DNA of 64,000 bases, from contig OZ024745.1 in NCBI GenBank assembly GCA_964016885.1, positions 3,348,001 through 3,412,000 of the forward strand, written 5' to 3'. The DNA comes from Eledone cirrhosa (taxonomy: Eukaryota). The notes below the pieces were generated by a model. The model worked only from the letters and a program-made list of their open reading frames with translations, made no database searches and had not been told where the DNA came from. Shown one piece after another: positions 41,801 to 55,440 of this stretch (within the stretch, counting starts at the first letter, position 1; each line of letters opens with the position of its first letter). The position numbers and the translations under genes were made by a program.

Positions 41801-44800
41801 TTAAAACCTCCATGGAACAAACTACCTGCATCAGTTGTTAGCTGTCAGGATACTGCATCCTTTAAAACCTCCATGGAACAAACTACCTGCATCAGTTGTT
41901 AGCTGTCGGGATACTGCATCCTTTAAAACCTCTAATGAACAAACTACCTGCATCAATTGTTAGCTGTCGGGACACTGCATCCTTTAAAACCTCCATGGAA
42001 CAAACTCCTTGCATCAGTTGTTAGCTGTCTAGACACTGCATGCTTTAAAACCTCCATGGAACAAACTACCTGCATCAGTTGTTAGCTGTCAGGACACTGC
42101 ATCCTTTAAAACCCCCATGGAACAAACTCCTTGCATCAGTTGTTAGCTGTCGAGACACTGCATCCTTTAAAACCTCCATGGAACAAACTAACTGCATCAG
42201 TTGTTAGCTGTCAGGACACTGCATCCTTTAAAACCCCCATGGAACAAACTCCTTGCATCAGTTGTTAGCTGTCGAGACACTGCATCCTTTAAAACCTCCA
42301 TGGAACAAACTACCTGCATCAGTTGTTAGCTGTCGGGACACTGCATCCTTTAAAACCTCCATGGAACAAACTACCTGCATCAGTTGTTAGCTGTCGGGAC
42401 ACTGCATCCTTTAAAACCTCCATGGAACAAACTACCTGCATCAGTTGTTAGCTGTCAAGACACTGCATCCTTTAAAACCTCCATGGAACAAACTACCTGC
42501 ATCAGTTGTTAGCTGTTGGGACACTGCATCCTTTAAAACCTCTAATGAACAAACTAGCTGCATCAGTTGTTAGCTGTCAAGACGCTGCATCCTTTAAAAC
42601 CTCCATGGAACAAACTAGCTGCATCAGTTGTTAGCTGTCGAGACACTGCATCCTTTAAAACCTCCATGGAGCAAACTACCTGCTTCAGTTGTTAGCTGTC
42701 GAGACACTGCATCCTTTAAAACCTCCATGGAGCAAACTACCTGCATCAGTTGTTAGCTGTCAAGACACTGCATCCTTTAAAACCTCCATGAAACAAACTA
42801 CCTGCATCAGTTGTTAGCTGTCGGGACACTGCATCCTTTAAAACCTCTAATGAACAAACTACCTGCATCAGTTCTTAGCTGTCGAGACACTGCATCCTTT
42901 AAAACCTCCATGGAACAAACTACCTGCATCAGTTGTTAGCTGTCAAGACGCTGCATCCTTTAAAACCTCCATGGAACAAACTACCTGCATCAGTTGTTAG
43001 CTGTCGAGACACTGCATCCTTTAAAACCTCCATGGAGCAAACTACCTGCTTCAGTTGTTAGCTGTCGAGACACTGCATCCTTTAAAACCTCCATGGAGCA
43101 AAGTACCTGCATCAGTTGTTAGCTGTCAAGACACTGCATCCTTTAAAACGTCCCTGGAACAAACTACCTGCATCAGTTGTTAGCTGTCGAGACACTGCAT
43201 TCTTTAAAACCTACATGGAACAAACTACCTGCATCAGTTGTTAGCTGTTGAGACACTGCATCCTTTAAAACCTCAATGGAGCAAACTACCTGCTTCAGTT
43301 GTTAGCTGTCGAGACACTGCATCCTTTAAAACCTCCATGGAACAAACTACCTGCATCAGTTGTTAGATGTCAGGACACTGCATCCTTTAAAACCTCCATG
43401 GAACAAACTACCTGCATCAGTTGTTAGCTGTCGAGATACTGCATCCTTTAAAACGTCCATGGAACAAACTACCTGCATCAATTGTTAGCTGTCGGGACAC
43501 TGCATCCTTTAAAACCTCCATGGAACAAACTCCTTGCATCAGTTGTTAGCTGTCTAGACACTGCATGCTTTAAAACCTCCATGGAACAAACTACCTGCAT
43601 CAGTTGTTAGCTGTCAGGACACTGCATCCTTTAAAACCCCCATGGAACAAACTCCTTGCATCAGTTGTTAGCTGACGAGACACTGCATCCTTTAAAACCT
43701 CCATGGAACAAACTACCTGCATCAGTTGTTAGCTGTCAGGATACTGCATCCTTTAAAACCTCCATGGAACAAACTACCTGCATCAGTTGTTAGCTGTCGG
43801 GATACTGCATCCTTTAAAACCTCTAATGAACAAACTACCTGCATCAATTGTTAGCTGTCGGGACACTGCATCCTTTAAAACCTCCATGGAACAAACTCCT
43901 TGCATCAGTTGTTAGCTGTCTAGACACTGCATGCTTTAAAACCTCCATGGAACAAACTACCTGCATCAGTTGTTAGCTGTCAGGACACTGCATCCTTTAA
44001 AACCCCCATGGAACAAACTCCTTGCATCAGTTGTTAGCTGTCGAGACACTGCATCCTTTAAAACCTCCATGGAACAAACTAACTGCATCAGTTGTTAGCT
44101 GTCAGGACACTGCATCCTTTAAAACCCCCATGGAACAAACTCCTTGCATCAGTTGTTAGCTGTCGAGACACTGCATCCTTTAAAACCTCCATGGAACAAA
44201 CTACCTGCATCAGTTGTTAGCTGTCGGGACACTGCATCCTTTAAAACCTCCATGGAACAAACTACCTGCATCAGTTGTTAGCTGTCGGGACACTGCATCC
44301 TTTAAAACCTCCATGGAACAAACTACCTGCATCAGTTGTTAGCTGTCAAGACACTGCATCCTTTAAAACCTCCATGGAACAAACTACCTGCATCAGTTGT
44401 TAGCTGTTGGGACACTGCATCCTTTAAAACCTCTAATGAACAAACTAGCTGCATCAGTTGTTAGCTGTCAAGACGCTGCATCCTTTAAAACCTCCATGGA
44501 ACAAACTAGCTGCATCAGTTGTTAGCTGTCGAGACACTGCATCCTTTAAAACCTCCATGGAGCAAACTACCTGCTTCAGTTGTTAGCTGTCGAGACACTG
44601 CATCCTTTAAAACCTCCATGGAGCAAACTACCTGCATCAGTTGTTAGCTGTCAAGACACTGCATCCTTTAAAACCTCCATGAAACAAACTACCTGCATCA
44701 GTTGTTAGCTGTCGGGACACTGCATCCTTTAAAACCTCTAATGAACAAACTACCTGCATCAGTTCTTAGCTGTCGAGACACTGCATCCTTTAAAACCTCC

Positions 44801-47800
44801 ATGGAACAAACTACCTGCATCAGTTGTTAGCTGTCAAGACGCTGCATCCTTTAAAACCTCCATGGAACAAACTACCTGCATCAGTTGTTAGCTGTCGAGA
44901 CACTGCATCCTTTAAAACCTCCATGGAGCAAACTACCTGCTTCAGTTGTTAGCTGTCGAGACACTGCATCCTTTAAAACCTCCATGGAGCAAAGTACCTG
45001 CATCAGTTGTTAGCTGTCAAGACACTGCATCCTTTAAAACGTCCATGGAACAAACTACCTGCATCAGTTGTTAGCTGTCGAGACACTGCATTCTTTAAAA
45101 CCTACATGGAACAAACTACCTGCATCAGTTGTTAGCTGTTGAGACACTGCATCCTTTAAAACCTCAATGGAGCAAACTACCTGCTTCAGTTGTTAGCTGT
45201 CGAGACACTGCATCCTTTAAAACCTCCATGGAACAAACTACCTGCATCAGTTGTTAGATGTCAGGACACTGCATCCTTTAAAACCTCCATGGAACAAACT
45301 ACCTGCATCAGTTGTTAGCTGTCGAGATACTGCATCCTTTAAAACGTCCATGGAACAAACTACCTGCATCAATTGTTAGCTGTCGGGACACTGCATCCTT
45401 TAAAACCTCCATGGAACAAACTCCTTGCATCAGTTGTTAGCTGTCTAGACACTGCATGCTTTAAAACCTCCATGGAACAAACTACCTGCATCAGTTGTTA
45501 GCTGTCAGGACACTGCATCCTTTAAAACCCCCATGGAACAAACTCCTTGCATCAGTTGTTAGCTGACGAGACACTGCATCCTTTAAAACCTCCATGGAAC
45601 AAACTACCTGCATCAGTTGTTAGCTGTCGGGACACTGCATCCTTTAAAACCTCCATGGAACAAACTCCTTGCATCAGTTGTTAGCTGTCGAGACACTGCA
45701 TCCTTTAAAACCTCCATGGAACAAACTACCTGCATCAGTTGTTAGCTGTCAGGATACTGCATCCTTTAAAACCTCCATGGAACAAACTACCTGCATCAGT
45801 TGTTAGCTGTCGGGATACTGCATCCTTTAAAACCTCTAATGAACAAACTACCTGCATCAATTGTTAGCTGTCGGGACACTGCATCCTTTAAAACCTCCAT
45901 GGAACAAACTCCTTGCATCAGTTGTTAGCTGTCTAGACACTGCATGCTTTAAAACCTCCATGGAACAAACTACCTGCATCAGTTGTTAGCTGTCAGGACA
46001 CTGCATCCTTTAAAACCCCCATGGAACAAACTCCTTGCATCAGTTGTTAGCTGTCGAGACACTGCATCCTTTAAAACCTCCATGGAACAAACTAACTGCA
46101 TCAGTTGTTAGCTGTCAGGACACTGCATCCTTTAAAACCCCCATGGAACAAACTCCTTGCATCAGTTGTAAGCTGTCGAGACACTGCATCCTTTAAAACC
46201 TCCATGGAACAAACTACCTGCATCAGTTGTTAGCTGTCGGGACACTGCATCCTTTAAAACCTCCATGGAACAAACTACCTGCATCAGTTGTTAGCTGTCG
46301 GGACACTGCATCCTTTAAAACCTCCATGGAACAAACTACCTGCATCAGTTGTTAGCTGTCAAGACACTGCATCCTTTAAAACCTCCATGGAACAAACTAC
46401 CTGCATCAGTTGTTAGCTGTTGGGACACTGCATCCTTTAAAACCTCTAATGAACAAACTAGCTGCATCAGTTCTTAGCTGTCGAGACACTGCATCCTTTA
46501 AAACCTCCATGGAACAAACTACCTGCATCAGTTGTTAGCTGTCAAGACGCTGCATCCTTTAAAACCTCCATGGAACAAACTAGCTGCATCAGTTGTTAGC
46601 TGTCGAGACACTGCATCCTTTAAAACCTCCATGGAGCAAACTACCTGCTTCAGTTGTTAGCTGTCGAGACACTGCATCCTTTAAAACCTCCATGGAGCAA
46701 ACTACCTGCATCAGTTGTTAGCTGTCAAGACACTGCATCCTTTAAAACGTCCATGGAACAAACTACCTGCATCAGTTGTTAGCTGTCGAGACACTGCATT
46801 CTTTAAAACCTCCATGGAACAAACTACCTGCATCAGTTGTTAGCTGTTGAGACACTGCATCCTTTAAAACCTCCATGGAGCAAACTACCTGCTTCAGTTG
46901 TTAGCTGTCGAGACACTGCATCCTTTAAAACCTCCATGGAACAAACTACCTGCATCAGTTGTTAGATGTCAGGACACTGCATCCTTTAAAACCTCCATGG
47001 AACAAACTACCTGCATCAGTTGTTAGCTGTCGAGATACTGCATCCTTTAAAACGTCCATGGAACAAACTACCTGCATCAATTGTTAGCTGTCGGGACACT
47101 GCATCCTTTAAAACCTCCATGGAACAAACTCCTTGCATCAGTTGTTAGCTGTCGGGACACTGCATGCTTTAAAACCTCCATGGAACAAACTACCTGCATC
47201 AGTTGTTAGCTGTCAGGACACTGCATCCTTTAAAACCTCCATGGAACAAACTCCTTGCATCAGTTGTTAGCTGTCGAAACACTGCATCCTTTAAAACCTC
47301 CATGGAACAAACTACCTGCATCAGTTGTTAGCTGTCGGGACACTGCATCCTTTAAAACCTCCATGGAACAAACTCCTTGCATCAGTTGTTAGCTGTCAAG
47401 ACACTGCATCCTTTAAAACCTCCATGGAACAAACTACCTGCATCAGTTGTTAGCTGTCGGGATACTACATCCTTTAAAACCTCCATGGAACAAACTACCT
47501 GCATCAGTTGTTAGCTGTCGGGATACTGCATCCTTTAAAACCTCTAATGAACAAACTAGCTGCATCAGTTCTTAGCTGTCGAGACACTGCATCCTTTAAA
47601 ACCTCCATGGAACAAACTACCTGCATCAGTTGTTAGCTGTCAAGACGCTGCATCCTTTAAAACCTCCATGGAACAAACTACCTGCATCAGTTGTTAGATG
47701 TCAGGACACTGCATCCTTTAAAACCTCCATGGAACAAACTACCTGCATCAGTTGTTAGCTGTCGAGATACTGCATCCTTTAAAACGTCCATGGAACAAAC

Positions 47801-50800
47801 TACCTGCATCAATTGTTAGCTGTCGGGACACTGCATCCTTTAAAACCTCCATGGAACAAACTCCTTGCATCAGTTGTTAGCTGTCTAGACACTGCATGCT
47901 TTAAAACCTCCATGGAACAAACTACCTGCATCAGTTGTTAGCTGTCAGGACACTGCATCCTTTCAAACCCCCATGGAACAAACTCCTTGCATCAGTTGTT
48001 AGCTGTCGAGACACTGCATCCTTTAAAACCTCCATGGAACAAACTACCTGCATCCCTGCATCAGTTGTTAGCTGTCGGGACACTGCATCCTTTAAAACCT
48101 CCATGGAACAAACTCCTTGCATCAGTTGTTAGCTGTCAAGACACTGCATCCTTTAAAACCTCCATGGAACAAACTACCTGCATCAGTTGTTAGCTGTCGG
48201 GATACTGCATCCTTTAAAACCTCCATGGAACAAACTACCTGCATCAGTTGTTAGCTGTCGGGACACTGCATCCTTTAAAACCTCTAATGAACAAACTACC
48301 TGCATCAGTTCTTAGCTGTCGAGACACTGCATCCTTTAAAACCTCCATGGAACAAACTACCTGCATCAGTTGTTAGCTGTCAAGACGCTGCATCCTTTAA
48401 AACCTCCATGGAACAAACTACCTCCATCAGTTGTTAGCTGTCGAGACACTGCATCCTTTAAAACCTCCATGGAGCAAACTACCTGCTTCAGTTGTTAGCT
48501 GTCGAGACACTGCATCCTTTAAAACCTCCATGGAACAAACTACCTGCATCAGTCGTTAGATGTCAGGACACTGCATCCTTTAAAACCTCCATGGAACAAA
48601 CTACCTGCATCAGTTGTTAGCTGTCGAGATACTGCATCCTTTAAAACGTCCATGGAACAAACTACCTGCATCAATTGTTAGCTGTCGGGACACTGCATCC
48701 TTTAAAACCTCCATGGAACAAACTCCTTGCAACAGTTGTTAGCTGTCTAGACACTGCATGCTTTAAAACCTCCATGGAACAAACTACCTGCATCAGTTGT
48801 TAGCTGTCAGGACACTGCATCCTTTAAAACCACCATGGAACAAACTCCTTGCATTAGTTGTTAGCTGTCAAGACACTGCATCCTTTAAAACCTCCAAACT
48901 ACCTGCATCAGTTGTTAGCTGTCGGGACACTGCATCCTTTAAAACCTCCATGGAACAAACTCCTTGCATCAGTTGTTAGCTGTCGAGACACTGCATCCTT
49001 TAAAACCTCCATGGAACAAACTACCTGCATCAGTTGTTAGCTGTCGGGACACTGCATCCTTTAAAACCTCCATGGAACAAACTCCTTGCATCAGTTGTTA
49101 GCTGTCGAGACACTGCATCCTTTAAAACCTCCATGGAACAAACTACCTGCATCAGTTGTTAGCTGTCAGGATACTGCATCCTTTAAAACCTCCATGGAAC
49201 AAACTACCTGCATCAGTTGTTAGCTGTCGAGATACTGCATCCTTTAAAACGTCCATGGAACAAACTACCTGCATCAATTGTTAGCTGTCGGGACACTGCA
49301 TCCTTTAAAACCTCCAAGGAACAAACTACCTGCATCAGTTGTTAGCTGTCGGGACACTGCATCCTTTAAAACCTCCATGGAACAAACTCCTTGCATCAGT
49401 TGTTAGCTGTCAAGACACTGCATCCTTTAAAACCTCCATGGAACAAACTACCTGCATCAGTTGTTAGCTGTCGGGATACTGCATCCTTTAAAACCTCCAT
49501 GGAACAAACTACCTGCATCAGTTGTTAGCTGTTGGGACACTGCATCCTTTAAAACCTCTAATGAACAAACTAGCTGCATCAGTTCTTAGCTGTCGAGACA
49601 CTGCATCCTTTAAAACCTCCATGGAACAAACTACCTGCATCAGTTGTTAGCTGTCAAGACGCTGCATCCTTTAAAACCTCCATGGAACAAACTAGCTGCA
49701 TCAGTTGTTAGCTGTCGAGACACTGCATCCTTTAAAACCTCCATGGAGCAAACTACCTGCTTCAGTTGTTAGCTGTCGAGACACTGCATCCTTTAAAACC
49801 TCCATGGAGCAAACTACCTGCATCAGTTGTTAGCTGTCAAGACACTGCATCCTTTAAAACGTCCATGGAACAAACTACCTGCATCAGTTGTTAGCTGTCG
49901 AGACACTGCATTCTTTAAAACCTCCATGGAACAAACTACCTGCATCAGTTGTTAGCTGTTGAGACACTGCATCCTTTAAAACCTCCATGGAGCAAACTAC
50001 CTGCTTCAGTTGTTAGCTGTCGAGACACTGCATCCTTTAAAACCTCCATGGAACAAACTACCTGCATCAGTTGTTAGATGTCAGGACACTGCATCCTTTA
50101 AAACCTCCATGGAACAAACTACCTGCATCAGTTGTTAGCTGTCGAGATACTGCATCCTTTAAAACGTCCATGGAACAAACTACCTGCATCAATTGTTAGC
50201 TGTCGGGACACTGCATCCTTTAAAACCTCCATGGAACAAACTCCTTGCATCAGTTGTTAGCTGTCTAGACACTGCATCCTTTAAAACCTCCATGGAACAA
50301 ACTACCTGCATCAGTTGTTAGCTGTCAGGACACTGCATCCTTTAAAACCCCCATGGAACAAACTCCTTGCATCAGTTGTTAGCTGTCGAGACACTGCATC
50401 CTTTAAAACCTCCATGGAACAAACTACCTGCATCCCTGCATCAGTTGTTAGCTGTCGGGACACTGCATCCTTTAAAACCTCCATGGAACAAACTCCTTGC
50501 ATCAGTTGTTAGCTGTCAAGACACTGCATCCTTTAAAACCTCCATGGAACAAACTACCTGCATCAGTTGTTAGCTGTCGGGATACTGCATCCTTTAAAAC
50601 CTCCATGGAACAAACTACCTGCATCAGTTGTTAGCTGTCGGGATACTGCATCCTTTAAAACCTCTAATGAACAAACTAGCTGCATCAGTTCTTAGCTGTC
50701 GAGACACTGCATCCTTTAAAACCTCCATGGAACAAACTACCTGCATCAGTTGTTAGATGTCAGGACACTGCATCCTTTAAAACCTCCATGGAACAAACTA

Positions 50801-53800
50801 CCTGCATCAGTTGTTAGCTGTCGAGATACTGCATCCTTTAAAACGTCCATGGAACAAACTACCTGCATCAATTGTTAGCTGTCGGGACACTGCATCCTTT
50901 AAAACCTCCATGGAACAAACTCCTTGCATCAGTTGTTAGCTGTCTAGACACTGCATGCTTTAAAACCTCCATGGAACAAACTACCTGCATCAGTTGTTAG
51001 CTGTCAGGACACTGCATCCTTTCAAACCCCCATGGAACAAACTCCTTGCATCAGTTGTTAGCTGTCGAGACACTGCATCCTTTAAAACCTCCATGGAACA
51101 AACTACCTGCATCCCTGCATCAGTTGTTAGCTGTCGGGACACTGCATCCTTTAAAACCTCCATGGAACAAACTCCTTGCATCAGTTGTTAGCTGTCAAGA
51201 CACTGCATCCTTTAAAACCTCCATGGAACAAACTACCTGCATCAGTTGTTAGCTGTCGGGATACTGCATCCTTTAAAACCTCCATGGAACAAACTACCTG
51301 CATCAGTTGTTAGCTGTCGGGACACTGCATCCTTTAAAACCTCTAATGAACAAACTACCTGCATCAGTTCTTAGCTGTCGAGACACTGCATCCTTTAAAA
51401 CCTCCATGGAACAAACTACCTGCATCAGTTGTTAGCTGTCAAGACGCTGCATCCTTTAAAACCTCCATGGAACAAACTACCTCCATCAGTTGTTAGCTGT
51501 CGAGACACTGCATCCTTTAAAACCTCCATGGAGCAAACTACCTGCTTCAGTTGTTAGCTGTCGAGACACTGCATCCTTTAAAACCTCCATGGAACAAACT
51601 ACCTGCATCAGTCGTTAGATGTCAGGACACTGCATCCTTTAAAACCTCCATGGAACAAACTACCTGCATCAGTTGTTAGCTGTCGAGATACTGCATCCTT
51701 TAAAACGTCCATGGAACAAACTACCTGCATCAATTGTTAGCTATCGGGACACTGCATCCTTTAAAACCTCCATGGAACAAACTCCTTGCAACAGTTGTTA
51801 GCTGTCTAGACACTGCATGCTTTAAAACCTCCATGGAACAAACTACCTGCATCAGTTGTTAGCTGTCAGGACACTGCATCCTTTAAAACCCCCATGGAAC
51901 AAACTCCTTGCATCAGTTGTTAGCTGTCGAGACACTGCATCCTTTAAAACCTCCATGGAACAAACTACCTGCATCAGTTGTTAGCTGTCGGGACACTGCA
52001 TCCTTTAAAACCTCCATGGAACAAACTCCTTGCATCAGTTGTTAGCTGTCGAGACACTGCATCCTTTAAAACCTCCATGGAACAAACTACCTGCATCAGT
52101 TGTTAGCTGTCAGGATACTGCATCCTTTAAAACCTCCATGGAACAAACTACCTGCATCAGTTGTTAGCTGTCGAGATACTGCATCCTTTAAAACGTCCAT
52201 GGAACAAACTACCTGCATCAATTGTTAGCTGTCGGGACACTGCATCCTTTAAAACCTCCATGGAACAAACTCCTTGCAACAGTTGTTAGCTGTCTAGACA
52301 CTGCATGCTTTAAAACCTCCATGGAACAAACTACCTGCATCAGTTGTTAGCTGTCAGGACACTGCATCCTTTAAAACCCCCATGGAACAAACTCCTTGCA
52401 TCAGTTGTTAGCTGTCGAGACACTGCATCCTTTAAAACCTCCATGGAACAAACTACCTGCATCAGTTGTTAGCTGTCGGGACACTGCATCCTTTAAAACC
52501 TCCATGGAACAAACTCCTTGCATCAGTTGTTAGCTGTCGAGACACTGCATCCTTTAAAACCTCCATGGAACAAACTACCTGCATCAGTTGTTAGCTGTCA
52601 GGATACTGCATCCTTTAAAACCTCCATGGAACAAACTACCTGCATCAGTTGTTAGCTGTCGGGATACTGCATCCTTTAAAACCTCTAATGAACAAACTAG
52701 CTGCATCAGTTCTTAGCTGTCGAGACACTGCATCCTTTAAAACCTCCATGGAACAAACTACCTGCATCAGTTGTTAGCTGTCAAGATGCTGCATCCTTTA
52801 AAACCTCCATGGAACAAACTACCTGCATCAGTTGTTAGCTGTCAGGACACTGCATCCTTTAAAACCCCCATGGAACAAACTCCTTGCATCAGTTGTTAGC
52901 TGTCGAGACACTGCATCCTTTAAAACCTCCATGGAACAAACTACCTGCATCAGTTGTTAGCTGTCGGGACACTGCATCCTTTAAAACCTCCATGGAACAA
53001 ACTACCTGCATCAGTTGTTAGCTGTCGGGACACTGCATCCTTTAAAACCTCCATGGAACAAACTCCTTGCATCAGTTGTTAGCTGTCAAGACACTGCATC
53101 CTTTAAAACCTCCATGGAACAAACTACCTGCATCAGTTGTTAGCTGTCGGGATACTGCATCCTTTAAAACCTCCATGGAACAAACTACCTGCATCAGTTG
53201 TTAGCTGTCGGGCCACTGCATCCTTTAAAACCTCTAATGAACAAACTAGCTGCATCAGTTCTTAGCTGTCGAGACACTGCATCCTTTAAAACCTCCATGG
53301 AACAAACTACCTGCATCAGTTGTTAGCTGTCAAGACGCTGCATCCTTTAAAACCTCCATGGAACAAACTAGCTGCATCAGTTGTTAGCTGTCGAGACACT
53401 GCATCCTTGAAAACCTCCATGGAACAAACTACCTGCATCAGTTGTTAGCTGTCAAGACACTGCATCCTTTAAAACCTCCATGGAACAAACTAGCTGCATC
53501 AGTTCTTAGCTGTCGAGACACTGCATCCTTTAAAATCTCCATGGAACAAACTACCTGCATCAGTGTTTAGCTGTCAAGACACTGCATCCTTTAAAACCTC
53601 CATGGAACAAACTACCTGCATCAGTTGTTAACTGTCAAGACACTGCATCCTTTAAAACCTCCATGCTTCCTGAGATTCACCAACACTACACCTTATATTC
53701 CCCCTCCATAGACACGCACACATGTATACCATGACTCATACACTGTTCACTTTACTGACATTTGTATATTATTCTATGTACTATACATGCACCTTTGATG

Positions 53801-53853
53801 AGTTGTAGTGCACCTGAGCACTGTACACAATAATTTCATTATTATTATTATTA
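32882..53853 (+). mobile_element. 5'-truncated CR1-clade LINE containing the 61-bp satellite
   Basis: 32882-33063 matches the reverse complement of ~59160-59350; 53662-53853 matches the reverse complement of ~58955-59102, including gagttgtagtgcacctgagcact and the (TTA)n tail. Confidence 0.95.
33064..53665. repeat. 61-bp LINE-derived satellite, ~337 units
   Basis: Consensus CATGGAACAAACTACCTGCATCAGTTGTTAGCTGTCGAGACACTGCATCCTTTAAAACCTC; the 20598-bp span equals 337x61 after allowing for six 8-bp insertions and one 7-bp deletion counted by eye. Confidence 0.99.
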
Positions 53854-53959
53854 CTATACTTTACTAAAACTTCTGTCATCACATTTCTAGCTGTCTTAAT
53901 ATAACTCACATAGAAACCTTACAACATTGGAGAGATTGAAGTGTGTGGGGGGGGGGGCT

Positions 53960-54070
53960 GTTTGTTCCAGATTTCTGGGCTTTGAGTTCAAATCCCATTG
54001 AGATCAACTTTGCTTTTTTTCCTTTCGGGGTCAATAAAATAAAAATACCAGTCAAGTTCTGGGATCAATT
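53960..54070 (+). mobile_element. tRNA-derived SINE fragment
   Basis: gagttcaaatccc...tcaactttgc...cctttcggggtcaataaaat...taccagtcaagttctgggatcaat. Confidence 0.8.
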
Positions 54071-54479
54071 CTTCCTCACTATCCCTTTCTCACCTCCTCA
54101 CTATCCCTTTCTCACCTCCTCTCTATTTCTTTCTCACTTCCTCACATTTTCTCTCTCTCCCCTCACCTCCTTTCTATCACTTTCTCCTCTCTTTCTCTCT
54201 CTGGAAGACATCGACTTGGAGTGATGGGCTGGGCTCCAGCAGGTTTAAAATGCCAACAAATGCTGTCGCTACCCCGCTACAACTCCATCAGAAGTTATAC
54301 TTTCATACATAATACAACTCCCACAGTTGCTATGACATTCTTTAACTTATAACAGCTTTTATCAGAAGCTTTACATTTCCATGAAACAATTCTTCTCTAA
54401 CTTCTAGTCCCCCCACCATCCCTCACTTCTGAAGAGAAAGAATTCCATGCTGAGGAAGAAAAGAACAGCTATTTTTATA

Positions 54480-54790
54480 TAATATCATTCATTGATGAAG
54501 AACACTTGGAAATTCTTGTAGCACAATTATTGAATATTAAATGTTCATTAATTATTGATGAAACTACAGATGTATCTACAAAAAAGCATCTTGTTTTTAA
54601 TTGCTAAATTTTATGAATGCCATATCTAAAAAACAAATAATAATAACTGACAAGTTTTTAGCTTTTTGGGAAATCAATTACTGCACAGCCGAAGGCATTG
54701 ACAATTCTATAGGATCTTTTGAAAAACATAACATCTCATTTAAAAATCTGATAGGGTTATGCAAATGATAATACAAGTGTAATGATGAAG
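54480..54790 (+). pseudogene. hAT-superfamily transposase relic
   Basis: Conceptual translation with frameshifts: SLIIDETTDVSTKKHLV/IAKFY ... DKFLAFWEINYCTAEGI ... FEKHNISFKNLIG/YANDNTSVMM (first catalytic Asp region and DNxSVM motif). Confidence 0.8.
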
Positions 54791-55440
54791 TAAAAACTGT
54801 TTTTTTTAAACCATCTGAAGCAAAAAGGGGCCATGTTACTTTGTACAAAGCTCCGTGTACTATTTAATGTTATTTGTGCATTCTAAGTATATCCTGAACT
54901 TCCTTAGAGAGGATCTCCCCCACCTATGCCACTCACATCCCTGGTCTCCCCCCCCCCTGTCCAACCCAGCACAATGAGACGGATGTACAACCAGCTGCCA
55001 CTCCCTTTAATAACACCTCTCTTTCTCACCCTCTCCCTTCAATAATACCTCTCTTTGTCACCCCCTCTCTTTAATAACACCTCTCTTTCTCATCCCCTCT
55101 CTTGGTTGATTCCTCACCCTTTTCCCTTCCTCGTCCAACCATGCCAGCATAGACAGACCTGCACCACACCCCAATATACAACCAGACATCTCTCTCTTAT
55201 CCCGTCCCTTGGGAAGCACTATATAGCTTTCCCACTGTCTCAGTCTGGCCAAGGATGACACAATGATCACCCTAGTGTTGACAAGTGCTGGTGCTGCAAC
55301 AAAATACATGCAGTCCACACTGCAAAGTGGTAGTATTGGTGCCACAGTAAAAAGCATCCAGTCCATTCTGTAAGGTGGTAGTGTCAGTCACAATATGATG
55401 CTCTAAGTAGACATAAAGTGGTTAAAATACATTTTATCAT

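Noticed and set aside
33999-51252. Recurring 60-68 aa ORFs in the 61-bp array
   Set aside because: 61 is not a multiple of 3; these ORFs appear only where an 8-bp insertion or 7-bp deletion postpones a stop
33064-53665. CRISPR-like interpretation of this or any other array
   Set aside because: Units are head-to-tail with no unique spacers, there are no cas genes, and the context is eukaryotic
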